From an uncultured Thermoleophilia bacterium (GTDB lineage Bacteria > Actinomycetota > Thermoleophilia > UBA2241), in contig CAVQSP010000013.1 of NCBI GenBank assembly GCA_963715985.1, forward strand, positions 416,001 to 480,000: a stretch of DNA of 64,000 nt, written 5' to 3'. This document shows positions 19,885 to 33,106 of this stretch, piece after piece; the stretch's first letter is position 1, and each line of letters opens with the position of its first letter. A program made the translations under genes and the position numbers. Under the pieces are notes generated by a model. The model did no database searches, was not told the origin of the DNA, and was given only the letters and a program-made list of their open reading frames with translations.

Positions 19885-21366
19885 GTGGCGCGCCCCGACC
19901 CGGCTTCGTTGCGCCTGGAGCGGCGCGTCGCCGGCTTCGTGGCGCACCACGGGGTCCTCAGGCCCGCGGAGCGGGTCCTCCTGCTGCTCTCCGGCGGCGC
20001 CGACTCCATGGCGCTGCTCGCCATGCTGCCCGCCGTGGACCGCCGCCTCGGGCTGGGGCTCCACGTGGCGGCGGCGCACGTGGACTACCGCACGCGCGGC
20101 GCCGAGTCTGACCGCGACCGGCTGATCGTGGAGCGCGCCTGCCGCGCCGCCGGCGTGCCGCTGGCGGTGCTGCGCCTGCCGCGACGACCGGGCGGCGGTG
20201 ACTTCCAGGCGCGGGCGCGCGAGATCCGCTACCGGCACGCCCGTGAGGTGGCGGAGCGGGACGGTCTCACCGCCATCGTCACGGCGCACAATCGCGACGA
20301 CCAGGCCGAGACCGTGCTCTACCGGCTGAGCAAGTACGCGTCGCCGCGCGGGCTCTCGGGCATGCGGCCGCGCGACGGCGACCTGGCGCGGCCGCTGCTG
20401 TGCCTCGGGGCGCGCGAGATCCGCGACACTTGTCGCGCCCTCGGTGTGGAGTACGGCGAGGACGCGACCAACACCTCGCCCGTGTACGCACGCAACCTGC
20501 TGCGCCTCGAGGTGATCCCGCGGCTCGAGGCGCTCAACCCGCGCCTGGCAGAGACGCTCGCGGCGGCGGCGCTGCAGGCGGCGGCGGAGGAAGACGTGCT
20601 TGCCGCCGCCGCCGCCGAGGCGCGTGCTCGCGTGACGCCGCCGCCCGGCGCCCGTGATGACCCGGGTCCGGGCGTGGGGCGCGGCGGCGCACCGGGCGCC
20701 TTGGACGTGGCCGCCCTGGCGGCCGAGCCCCCGGCGCTGCGCGCGCTCGTGCTCCACGAGCTCGTGCGGGAAGCCATGGGCGGCGAGGCGCTCGTGGAGC
20801 GCCGCGTGGTGGAGGCGCTCCTGCAGCTCGCTGGGGGCCCCGGCGGGGGCGGGAGGGTGAGCCTGGGACGGGGCCTGGAAGCGATCCGTGCCGGAGGCGT
20901 GCTGAGCGTGCGTCCCGCCGCCGGTCCTCACATCTGCGCGCCGGTGGGCGTGGAGGGCACGGAGCTCGCCGCGTACGCGGACCCCCGACGGCTCGTCTTC
21001 TGCGGCCGCGAGGCGACCGTGCGCCTCGAACCCGGCCCTGTCTTCGAGGGCCGGGCCGCCGCCGCCGGTGATGCCTTCGTCGGGCTCGCCGGGACGCCGC
21101 ACCGCGTCACCCTGCGGCACGCGCGGCGCGGCGAGCGCTTCGCCCCCCGCGGCCTCGGCGGCGAGACCACGGTGGCGCGTTTCCTGGCCGCCGCGCGCGT
21201 GCCTGCGGACCGGCGGCCCCTTGCAGTGGTGGTCGACGTGGACGGGGCTGCGGCCTGGGTCGGGTTCACCGGCGCAGACGGCCGCCGGCGCGGCAGGGTT
21301 GCGCAGGCCTTCGGCGTGGACGAAAGTAGTCGATGTACGGTGCACGTCACTCTGGAGGGAACGTGA
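19885..21366 (+). CDS. tilS: tRNA(Ile)-lysidine synthetase
   Basis: SGGADSMAL PP-loop, AHNRDDQAET, RPLL, DATN, RNLLR. Confidence 0.93.
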   Translation: MARPDPASLRLERRVAGFVAHHGVLRPAERVLLLLSGGADSMALLAMLPAVDRRLGLGLHVAAAHVDYRTRGAESDRDRLIVERACRAAGVPLAVLRLPRRPGGGDFQARAREIRYRHAREVAERDGLTAIVTAHNRDDQAETVLYRLSKYASPRGLSGMRPRDGDLARPLLCLGAREIRDTCRALGVEYGEDATNTSPVYARNLLRLEVIPRLEALNPRLAETLAAAALQAAAEEDVLAAAAAEARARVTPPPGARDDPGPGVGRGGAPGALDVAALAAEPPALRALVLHELVREAMGGEALVERRVVEALLQLAGGPGGGGRVSLGRGLEAIRAGGVLSVRPAAGPHICAPVGVEGTELAAYADPRRLVFCGREATVRLEPGPVFEGRAAAAGDAFVGLAGTPHRVTLRHARRGERFAPRGLGGETTVARFLAAARVPADRRPLAVVVDVDGAAAWVGFTGADGRRRGRVAQAFGVDESSRCTVHVTLEGT

Positions 21367-21929
21367 GCGGTCCCATCGGCGAGGTCCTGGTCGGCAGCGA
21401 AGAGCTCGCCCGTCGTGTCGACGACCTCGGCGCGCAGATATCGCGGGACTACGCAGGCAAGGAGCTGCTGCTCGTCGGCGTGCTCAAGGGCGCCGTGTTC
21501 TTCATGGCGGACCTGGCGCGGCGCATCGAGGTGCCGGTGTCGCTGGACTTCATGGCCGTGTCGAGCTACGGCTCGTCCACGGACTCGTCCGGCGTGGTGC
21601 GCATCCTCAAGGACCTCGATCTCGAGATCGCCGACCGCCACGTGCTCATCATCGAGGACATCATCGACTCGGGCCTCACGCTGAGCTACCTGCTCAAGAA
21701 CCTGCGCAGCCGCCGGCCGGCGTCGCTGGAGGTGTGCGCGCTACTCACCAAGCCGTCGCGGCGCCGCATCGAGATCCCCTGCAAGTACATCGGCTTCGAG
21801 ATCGAGGACAAGTTCGTCGTCGGCTACGGTCTCGACCTCGCCGACCGCTTCCGCACCCTCGACTTCATCGGCGTGCTGACCCCGGAGGCGGCCGCCGGCA
21901 TCATGGACCAGGCGGGTTCTTTGCTGTAG
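21363..21929 (+). CDS. hpt: Hypoxanthine phosphoribosyltransferase
   Basis: GVLKGAVFFMADL, VSSYG, LIIEDIIDSGLTL, FVVGYGLD. Confidence 0.96.
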   Translation: MSGPIGEVLVGSEELARRVDDLGAQISRDYAGKELLLVGVLKGAVFFMADLARRIEVPVSLDFMAVSSYGSSTDSSGVVRILKDLDLEIADRHVLIIEDIIDSGLTLSYLLKNLRSRRPASLEVCALLTKPSRRRIEIPCKYIGFEIEDKFVVGYGLDLADRFRTLDFIGVLTPEAAAGIMDQAGSLL

Positions 21930-22021
21930 CCCAGGGGGTATGCTAGGGAGGCAGCGTGGCCTTGACGGGCCGCGTTGGCGTGTCCATCGATCGTCCTTTC
22001 GTCCTTCAGAGAAGGGTGTAC

Positions 22022-24208
<2,187 letters not shown>

Positions 24209-24234
24209 CGGCCTCCGGCCGGCCGGGGAGACAC

Positions 24235-24804
24235 GTGGACAGAGACAAGATCCAGCAGGGCGTACGTCTGATCCTGGAGGGCATCGGCGAGGATCTCGAC
24301 CGGCCCGGCCTGATCGGCACCCCTCGCCGTGTGGCCGACATGTACGAGGACATCTTCTCGGGCATCGCCGCGCCCGACCCCGCGATCCTGCTCACGGCCA
24401 TGGAGGGCGACAACCATCGCGAGATGGTGATCATCCGCGACATCGACTTCTACTCCGTCTGCGAGCACCACCTGCTGCCGTTCTCGGGCATGGCGCACGT
24501 GGCGTACATCCCCAGCAAGGAGGGCCACATCACGGGCCTCTCCAAGCTGGCCCGTGTGGTGCGCCAGGTGGCGGCGCGCCCGCAGCTGCAGGAGCGCATC
24601 ACGACCGAGGTCGCCGACGCCATCGTGCGGGCGCTGAACCCCGCCGGCGCTCTGGTGCTCATCCAGGCCGAGCACCTCTGCATGTCCATGCGTGGCGTAC
24701 GCACGCCGGGCACGCGCACCGTGACCAGTGCGGTGCGCGGCATCATCCAATCTCACGACGCCACCCGCGCCGAGGCGTTCGCGCTCATCAACGCCCCGCG
24801 CTGA
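24235..24804 (+). CDS. folE: GTP cyclohydrolase I
   Basis: TPRRVA, CEHHLLPF, GLSKLAR, QLQER, HLCMSMRG. Confidence 0.96.
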   Translation: MDRDKIQQGVRLILEGIGEDLDRPGLIGTPRRVADMYEDIFSGIAAPDPAILLTAMEGDNHREMVIIRDIDFYSVCEHHLLPFSGMAHVAYIPSKEGHITGLSKLARVVRQVAARPQLQERITTEVADAIVRALNPAGALVLIQAEHLCMSMRGVRTPGTRTVTSAVRGIIQSHDATRAEAFALINAPR

Positions 24805-24815
24805 GCCCCCAGCCG

Positions 24816-25655
24816 ATGACGGTGCTCCCCACCTGCGTGCTGGACCTGCCCTTCCCCTGCCTCATGGGCGTGCTCAACGTCACGCCCGACTCGTTTTCGG
24901 ACGGCGGCCGCTTCCTCGGCGCCGACGACGCGCTCGCCCAGGGGCTCACGCTGGTGCGCGAGGGCGCCGCCATCGTGGACATCGGCGGGGAGTCGACGCG
25001 GCCGGGCTCCGACCCGGTGAGCGCCGACGAGGAGGTCCGGCGCGTGGTGCCGGTGGTCGAGGCGCTGGCGGGCCGCGTGGGCGTGCCCATCTCCGTCGAC
25101 ACCATGAAGGCGGAGGTCGCGCGACGGGCGCTGGACGCCGGGGCGAGCTTCATCAATGACGTGAGCGCGTTGCGCTGGGACGACGAGATGGTGGACGTGG
25201 TCGCGCAGGCGGGCTGCCCCGTGTGCCTCATGCACATGAAGGGCGAACCCAAGACGATGCAGGACGACCCGCGGTACGGCGACGTGGTGGACGAGGTGCT
25301 CCGCTTCCTCGAGGAGCGCATGACGTTCGCCCTGGCGCGCGGTCTGCGCGAGGACCAGCTGATGGTGGATCCGGGCATCGGGTTCGGCAAGACCGTGGAA
25401 CACAATCTGGCGTTGCTGCGCCACCTGGACCGCTTCACGGCGCTAGGCCGGCCGCTCATCCTGGGCGCGTCGCGCAAGCGGTTCCTGGGCGCCATCCTCG
25501 GCGCCGAGCCCACGGCCCGCACGACGGGGACGGTCGCCACCACGGTCATCGGCCTGCTCGCCGGGGCGCACGTGTTCCGCGTCCACGACGTGCGGCCCAA
25601 CTTCGAGGCGCTTCGCGTCACGCTGGCCGTCCTGGAGGGCGCGCCGGCCGCGTGA
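24816..25655 (+). CDS. folP: Dihydropteroate synthase
   Basis: MGVLNVTPDSFSDGG, DIGGESTRPG, DPGIGFGKT, SRKRF, RVHDV. Confidence 0.95.
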   Translation: MTVLPTCVLDLPFPCLMGVLNVTPDSFSDGGRFLGADDALAQGLTLVREGAAIVDIGGESTRPGSDPVSADEEVRRVVPVVEALAGRVGVPISVDTMKAEVARRALDAGASFINDVSALRWDDEMVDVVAQAGCPVCLMHMKGEPKTMQDDPRYGDVVDEVLRFLEERMTFALARGLREDQLMVDPGIGFGKTVEHNLALLRHLDRFTALGRPLILGASRKRFLGAILGAEPTARTTGTVATTVIGLLAGAHVFRVHDVRPNFEALRVTLAVLEGAPAA

Positions 25656-25699
25656 GCGCTCGCCGGCCGTGCGGCCGGCACGTCCCGGGAGGCCCCATC

Positions 25700-26065
25700 A
25701 TGGCGCACAAACTCACCATCTCCGTCGACGGCATCGAGCTCCGCGGCCGCTGCGGCGTCACGGCCGAGGAGAGGATGGTCGGGCAAACGCTCGCCGTCGA
25801 CCTGCGCCTGGAACCGGCGGAGTGCCGCGGCGGTCAGACCGACGAGCTCGAGGACACCGTCAACTACGGCCAGGTGGTACGGATCGTGCGCCAGATCGTG
25901 GAAGGCGGCGAGTTCAAGCTGCTGGAGCGTCTGGCCACGGTCATCAGCGACACGCTGTGGGACGAGTTCGAGCTCAGCTTCCTTGAGGTCGCGGTCGCCA
26001 AGATCGCGCCGCCCACCGTCATCCCGGTCTCGGCCGCGCGCGTCGAGGTCGTGCGCACGGCGTGA
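25700..26065 (+). CDS. folB: Dihydroneopterin aldolase
   Basis: GVTAEERMVGQ, DELEDTVNY, LLERLA; position in fol operon. Confidence 0.9.
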   Translation: MAHKLTISVDGIELRGRCGVTAEERMVGQTLAVDLRLEPAECRGGQTDELEDTVNYGQVVRIVRQIVEGGEFKLLERLATVISDTLWDEFELSFLEVAVAKIAPPTVIPVSAARVEVVRTA

Positions 26066-26571
26066 GCGACGCGCCGGCCAGACGGGTCTTCGTCTCGCTC
26101 GGGTCCAACCTCGGCGACCGGGAGGTGACGCTGGCCGCGGCCCGCGAGGCCCTGGCGGCGCTTCCGGGGACGTCGGTGATCGCCGCCTCCGGGCTGTACC
26201 TCACGGCACCGCAGGATCTCGCAGGCCAGCCCGAGTTCCTCAACCAGGTCGTCTGCGTGGAGACGGCGCTGGAACCGCTCGACCTCCTCGCCGAGTGCCA
26301 GCGCATCGAGCGCGAGCACGGGCGCACCCGCGAGCTCAGGTTCGGGCCTCGCACACTCGATATCGATATACTCCTGTTCCAAGGTGTCGAATCCCAGGAT
26401 CCCGAGCTGACGCTGCCGCACCCGCGCTTGGCGCATCGTGCCTTCGTGCTCGTGCCTCTCTCCGAGATCTGGGACCGGGCCAAGGGCATGCCCGACCTCG
26501 ACATCACAGCCCTGGCGCAGGCCGCCGCACGTGAACAGGCCGTGCGTCCGTACCACGTCCCGGAGGCGTGA
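26062..26571 (+). CDS. folK: 2-amino-4-hydroxy-6-hydroxymethyldihydropteridine pyrophosphokinase
   Basis: SLGSNLGDR, FLNQV, GPRTLDIDIL, LPHPR..RAFVLVPL. Confidence 0.95.
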   Translation: MSDAPARRVFVSLGSNLGDREVTLAAAREALAALPGTSVIAASGLYLTAPQDLAGQPEFLNQVVCVETALEPLDLLAECQRIEREHGRTRELRFGPRTLDIDILLFQGVESQDPELTLPHPRLAHRAFVLVPLSEIWDRAKGMPDLDITALAQAAAREQAVRPYHVPEA

Positions 26572-26652
26572 TCGGTGACGAGCGATGATGGTGCAGGCGC
26601 CCGTGGGAGCCGCGGCCGCGGCGTTGCCTCGGCGCGAGCCTGAGGGGCCCGC

Positions 26653-28293
26653 GTGGCGCGTCCCTACATCGCGAGCCGGTCGGCCGAGCCACTGAACCGG
26701 CGCACCTTCGACGTGCTGGTGCTGGGCGGGGGCATCGCCGGTCTCACCGCCGCCATCGGTGCCGCCCGTCGCTGGCGTGTGGGCCTGCTCACCAAGGCCA
26801 CCTTCGACGACACCACGACCTTCCTCGCCCAGGGGGGCATCGCCGCCGCCCTGGGCCCGTCGGATTCCCCCGAGCTCCACTTCCAGGACACCGTGAACGC
26901 CGGCGCCGGACTCTGCGACGAGGCGGCGGTACGCGTCCTCGTCAACGAGGGCCCCGACCGCGTGCGCGAGCTCATGGAGATCTGCCCGCGCTTCGACAAG
27001 GTCGAGGGGCAGATCGTGCTGGGCCGTGAAGGCGCCCACTCCGTGGCCCGGGTGGTGCACGCCGGCGGCGACGCCACCGGCAGCGAGGTCTCCAGCGCCC
27101 TCGCCGAGGCGGCCCGCGTGGGCAGCCGCGTCGAGCTCTACGAGAACGAGTTCGTCATCGACCTGCTCACCGTGGACGGCAAGTGCGTGGGCGCCCTCTC
27201 CCTCAACTTAGACGACGGCGGCCTTACCCTCAACGTGGCCATGGTGACCGTGCTGGCCACGGGCGGGGCAGGGCAGGTGTACGGCCGCACCACCAACCCG
27301 GCGGTGGCCACCGGCGACGGCATCGCCATGGCCTACCGCGCCGGGGCCGCCATCCGCGACCTCGAGTTCGTGCAGTTCCACCCCACGGGGCTCGCCGTCC
27401 CCGGGCAGGAGACGGTGCTCCTCATCACCGAGGCCCTCCGTGGCGAAGGCGCCTACCTGCGCAACGCCGCCGGAGAGCGCTTCATGAGCGCCATCGACCC
27501 GCGCGGCGAGCTGGCCTCCCGCGACGTCGTGGTGCGCGGCATGGTGGGGGAGATGCGCGCCGCCGGCAGCGATCACGTGTACCTCGACGCCACCCACCTC
27601 GACGCCGCCTGGCTGCAGGAGCGCTTCCCGCGCGTCACGGCGGGGCTCACGGCGCACGGGCTCGACCTCGCGACGCAGCTCATCCCGGTATCGCCGGTGT
27701 GCCACTACTTCGTCGGCGGGGTGATCACGGACGTGTGGGGGCGCACCACCGTGCCCGGCCTGTACGCGAGTGGCGAGGTGGCCAGCACTGGGGTGCACGG
27801 CGCCAACCGGCTGGCCAGCAACTCGCTCCTCGAGGGGCTGGTGTTCAGCGACCGCGTGGTGCGCGACCTCGACCGCTACATCGGGCACCTGGGCGAAGAC
27901 GTGCGGCGCCTCCGCTTCGACCTGCCGGAGGCGGCGGGCGGCGGAGACAGCGACGCCGCCGCCGCCCGCCGCCGCCTGACGGCGGTGATGTCGGAGAAGG
28001 TCGGCGTGGTGCGCAGCGCCGCCGAGCTCGAGGCGGCGCTCGCCGAGCTCGGCACGCTCACCTCCCAGCTGCAGTTCGACGCGCTCGCGGCGCCGCAGTA
28101 CGAAGTGTTCAACCTGCTCACGCTGGGCACGCAGATCGCCAAGTGTGCCCTGCTGCGCGAGGAGTCGCGCGGCGTGCACCTGCGCGAGGACTACCCCGAA
28201 GTGGACGACGCGGGCTGGCGCCGGCACATCACGCTCCGGTTGCCGCCGCACGAGCGCGAAGAGGGTGTGGTCGGCAAGGTGGAGCGCGTGTGA
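26653..28293 (+). CDS. nadB: L-aspartate oxidase
   Basis: GGGIAG, AQGGIAAA, REGAHS, QFHPT, LITEALRGEG, HGANRLASNSLLE, ESRGVH. Confidence 0.93.
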   Translation: MARPYIASRSAEPLNRRTFDVLVLGGGIAGLTAAIGAARRWRVGLLTKATFDDTTTFLAQGGIAAALGPSDSPELHFQDTVNAGAGLCDEAAVRVLVNEGPDRVRELMEICPRFDKVEGQIVLGREGAHSVARVVHAGGDATGSEVSSALAEAARVGSRVELYENEFVIDLLTVDGKCVGALSLNLDDGGLTLNVAMVTVLATGGAGQVYGRTTNPAVATGDGIAMAYRAGAAIRDLEFVQFHPTGLAVPGQETVLLITEALRGEGAYLRNAAGERFMSAIDPRGELASRDVVVRGMVGEMRAAGSDHVYLDATHLDAAWLQERFPRVTAGLTAHGLDLATQLIPVSPVCHYFVGGVITDVWGRTTVPGLYASGEVASTGVHGANRLASNSLLEGLVFSDRVVRDLDRYIGHLGEDVRRLRFDLPEAAGGGDSDAAAARRRLTAVMSEKVGVVRSAAELEAALAELGTLTSQLQFDALAAPQYEVFNLLTLGTQIAKCALLREESRGVHLREDYPEVDDAGWRRHITLRLPPHEREEGVVGKVERV

Positions 28294-29129
28294 GCCGCGC
28301 CGCCTACGAGAGGGCGGCTCGCGAGGCCGCCGCGCGCGCCCTCGCCGAGGACCTGGCCGGGTACGGTGACCTCGCCGGCGCTGCGTTCCCGGGACCGGGC
28401 CGCGCGCTGGTCGTGGCGCGGGAGGCCGGCGTGCTCTCCGGGGCGGCCGCGTTCGCGGCTACGGCCGCGCTCGTCGACCCCGACCTCACCGTCGCCTTCC
28501 GCGTGGAGGACGGCGGCTCGTTCGCGGCCGGCGATGCGCTGGCCGAGATCGCCGGCCCGTTCGCCGGCATCCTCGCGGCGGAGCGCACGGGGCTCAACTT
28601 CCTCTGCCGTCTGAGCGGCGTGGCCACGCTGACGGCCCGGTACGTGGCCGAGACCGCAGGCACCTCCACGCGCATCGCCGCCACACGCAAGACCACGCCG
28701 GGTCTGCGCGCCCTGGAGAAGGAGGCGGTCGTACACGGCGGCGGCACGCCGCACCGCTTCGGCCTGTTCGACGGCGCCATGATCAAGGACAACCACATCG
28801 CCGCCGCCGGCGGCGTGACCGCCGCGGTCGCCGCCGTGCGCGCCTGCAGCGCCCACGTGCACAGCCTCGAGGTGGAGGTCGACACGCTCGACCAGCTGGA
28901 CGAGGCCATGGACGACGGTGTCGCCATCGTGCTGCTGGACAACATGGACACCGCCACTGTGCGCGAGGCGGTGGCGCGGGTCGCCGGGCGCGCCGTGGTC
29001 GAGGTCTCGGGCGGCGTGCGCCTGGGGCGCGTGCGCGAGCTTGCCGAGGCCGGCGTGGACATCATCTCGGTGGGCGCTCTCACCACTCACTCGCCCTGGC
29101 TCGATCTCGGCTTGGACGTGGAGGCCTGA
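28290..29129 (+). CDS. nadC: Nicotinate-nucleotide pyrophosphorylase (carboxylating)
   Basis: ERTGLN, TRKTTPG, HRFGL, IKDNH, EVEV, LLDN, EVSGG, SVGALTTH. Confidence 0.94.
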   Translation: MSRAAYERAAREAAARALAEDLAGYGDLAGAAFPGPGRALVVAREAGVLSGAAAFAATAALVDPDLTVAFRVEDGGSFAAGDALAEIAGPFAGILAAERTGLNFLCRLSGVATLTARYVAETAGTSTRIAATRKTTPGLRALEKEAVVHGGGTPHRFGLFDGAMIKDNHIAAAGGVTAAVAAVRACSAHVHSLEVEVDTLDQLDEAMDDGVAIVLLDNMDTATVREAVARVAGRAVVEVSGGVRLGRVRELAEAGVDIISVGALTTHSPWLDLGLDVEA

Positions 29130-29131
29130 CG

Positions 29132-29905
29132 GTGCTTCTGGTCGTCGACGTGGGCAACACCCAGACTCACATCGGTCTGTCCGACGGCGGGGAGATCACC
29201 GGCGAGTGGCGCCTGGCCACCGTGCGGCACCGCACGGCCGACGAGATCGCCGGCCTGCTCCAAGGGTTCTTCTCGCTGATGGGCATGAGGGTGCGCGAGG
29301 CCGTAGATGAGGTCGGTGTCGCCTCCGTCGTCCCCCGGCTCACGCAGCAGTGGGTGGAGATGTGCCGGAAGCACCTCGGTGTGGAGGCGTTCGTCGTCGG
29401 GCCGGGGGCGCGCACGGGCATGCGCATCCTGATGAAGAACCCGGCCGAGGTGGGCGCCGACCGCATCGCCAACGCCGCGGCCGCCTTCGAGACCTACGGG
29501 GGGCCGTGCATCGTCGCCGACTACGGCACGGCCACGACGTTCGATGTCATCAACGCCGAGGGCGACTACATCGGCGGCGTCATCGCCCCCGGCATCGAGG
29601 TCTCGCTGGAGGCGCTCACCACGCGCGCCGCCAAGCTCATCAAGGTCGAGGTGGCCGAGCCGGAACACGCCATCGGCAAGTCCACCACCGAGGCGCTGCA
29701 GTCGGGCGCCGTATACGGGTTCGCCGGCGAGATCGAGGGCATCGTGCACGCCATCTGGAAGGAGCTCGGCGAGAATGTGCAGGTCATCGCCACCGGCGGG
29801 CTGGCCGAGCTCATCGCCCGGCACACCGACGTGATCTCGGCGGTGGACCAGCTGCTCACGCTGCGCGGCATCGAGCTCGTGATGCGCCGCCAGCAGCGCG
29901 CCTGA
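29132..29905 (+). CDS. coaX: Type III pantothenate kinase
   Basis: DVGNT, VGADR, DYGTATTFD, GGVIAPG, ATGG, LTLRG. Confidence 0.95.
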   Translation: MLLVVDVGNTQTHIGLSDGGEITGEWRLATVRHRTADEIAGLLQGFFSLMGMRVREAVDEVGVASVVPRLTQQWVEMCRKHLGVEAFVVGPGARTGMRILMKNPAEVGADRIANAAAAFETYGGPCIVADYGTATTFDVINAEGDYIGGVIAPGIEVSLEALTTRAAKLIKVEVAEPEHAIGKSTTEALQSGAVYGFAGEIEGIVHAIWKELGENVQVIATGGLAELIARHTDVISAVDQLLTLRGIELVMRRQQRA

Positions 29906-29974
29906 GGCGGGCCGCGTGACGGCGCCGCCGGTGCCAGACGCCTCCGCCCCGAGTGCCGGGCCGCCTCCGCCCCT

Positions 29975-30991
29975 GTGCCGGACGCCCGCATCACCGCGCC
30001 TCGCCGCCCGGCCGACGACCGCCTCGCGGCTCCGCTCCGCATCGGCCGCCTCGAGGTGGACCGCCGCCTGTTCATGGCGCCCATGGCCGGCGTGACCACG
30101 CCGCCCTTCCGCGCCGCCGCGCGGCGCTGGGGCGCCGGCCTCGTGTACACGGAGATGATCTCCGCCTACGGCGTGCACTACGGCAACCGGCGCACGCTCG
30201 ACTACCTGGCCTGCCGCGACGAGGAGCACCCGGTGGGCTACCAGCTGTTCGGGGCCGAGCCGGACGTGCTCGCGGACGCGGCCGCCGTGTGCGTGCAGGC
30301 GGGCGCCGACCTGGTGGACCTCAACATGGCGTGCCCGGTGCGCAAGGTGGTGAAGACGGGCGCCGGCGCGGCCATGCTCGGCGACCCGCGGCGCGCGGAG
30401 GCGGCCGTGGCCGCGGTGGTGCGCGCCGCCGGTCCGGACGTGCCGGTCACGGTCAAGATCCGCTCGGGGCTGCGCGACGGCGACGAGGTGTGGCGCGAGG
30501 TGGTCCCGCGCCTCGTCGACGCCGGCGCGGCGGCCATCTGCGTCCACCCGCGCACGGCCGCCCAGCTCTATCGGGGACGCGCCGACCACGAGGTCACGCG
30601 GGCGCTGGCCGCGGAGGTGCCCGTCCCCGTGATCGCCTCCGGCGACGTGGACGGCCGCGCCGCGGCCCTCGCCCTGCTCGACGCCGGCGCCGCCGCCGTG
30701 ATGCTGGCGCGGTACGCGCTCGGGCAGCCCTGGCTCTTCGCCGAGATCCTGGACGGCGCGCCGCCGCCTGCGGCCGCGGCGCGCCTCGCGGAGCTGCGCG
30801 CTTTCGTCGCCGACGTGCTGGGCGAGATGGGCGCGCGCGGCGTCGGCCACCTGCGCCAGTTCTGGCCGCGCTTCCGGCGCAGCGGCACCATCGACAGGGA
30901 GCTGTCCGTCGCGCTCGATGCGAGCCGCCACGGGCGACGAGCTGCGCGGCCTTCTCGACCTGTGAGGCCGGCCTCCGCGGCGCCGTTGTGA
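29975..30991 (+). CDS. dusB: tRNA dihydrouridine synthase (3' end possibly frameshifted)
   Basis: APMAGVT, YTEMIS, DLNMACP, TVKIR, HPRT, IASGDV. Confidence 0.88.
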   Translation: MPDARITAPRRPADDRLAAPLRIGRLEVDRRLFMAPMAGVTTPPFRAAARRWGAGLVYTEMISAYGVHYGNRRTLDYLACRDEEHPVGYQLFGAEPDVLADAAAVCVQAGADLVDLNMACPVRKVVKTGAGAAMLGDPRRAEAAVAAVVRAAGPDVPVTVKIRSGLRDGDEVWREVVPRLVDAGAAAICVHPRTAAQLYRGRADHEVTRALAAEVPVPVIASGDVDGRAAALALLDAGAAAVMLARYALGQPWLFAEILDGAPPPAAAARLAELRAFVADVLGEMGARGVGHLRQFWPRFRRSGTIDRELSVALDASRHGRRAARPSRPVRPASAAPL

Positions 30992-30995
30992 GCGT

Positions 30996-31024
30996 TTGCG
31001 CACGGTGAAGCCATGACCTATACT
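30996..31024 (+). promoter_or_regulatory. Sigma-A promoter of greA-lysS
   Basis: TTGCGC(30996-31001), 17 nt, TATACT(31019-24). Confidence 0.6.
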
Positions 31025-31089
31025 CTTCGACTTGTTCGGCGCGCGGTCTCTCTCCGGGGCCGCGTTGCCGTGTAGAAGAGGAGGCACCA

Positions 31090-31569
31090 GTGGTCGACCG
31101 CGAGATCATCCTCACCCCCGAGGGCTTCCAGCGCCTCAAAGAGGAGATCGAGTACCTTTCCAGCGTCAAGCGAGACGAGGTGGCGGAGCGCATCCGCGCG
31201 TCGCGCGACTTCGGCGATATCTCCGAGAACTCCGAGTACGACGACGCCAAGAACGAGCAGGCCATGCTCGAGGCGCGCATCTACGCCCTCGAGGAGCGGC
31301 TCCGCAGCGCCATCGTCATCGACTCCGACTCCATCACCACGGAGAAGGTCGGCGTGGGCACCAAGGTCACCCTGCAGGACATGAAGGCGGGGGACATCGT
31401 GCAGTACAGCATCGTGGGCTCCGCCGAGGCCGACCCGTCCGCGCACAAGCTCTCCAACGAGTCGCCCGTGGGCAGCGCCATCATGGGCCACAAGCCCGGC
31501 GACAAGATCACCGTGAGCGTCCCCCAGGGCTCCAAGAAGTTCAAGGTCCTGGCCATCGAGAAAGCCTAG
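31090..31569 (+). CDS. greA: Transcription elongation factor GreA
   Basis: LTPEG, GDISENSEYDDAK, SNESPVG. Confidence 0.96.
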   Translation: MVDREIILTPEGFQRLKEEIEYLSSVKRDEVAERIRASRDFGDISENSEYDDAKNEQAMLEARIYALEERLRSAIVIDSDSITTEKVGVGTKVTLQDMKAGDIVQYSIVGSAEADPSAHKLSNESPVGSAIMGHKPGDKITVSVPQGSKKFKVLAIEKA

Positions 31570-31580
31570 CCGTCTCCGCC

Positions 31581-33066
<1,486 letters not shown>

Positions 33067-33106
33067 CCGGCGGCCTCCGCAGGAGCACGCTCTCGTGGGA
33101 GGCCCG

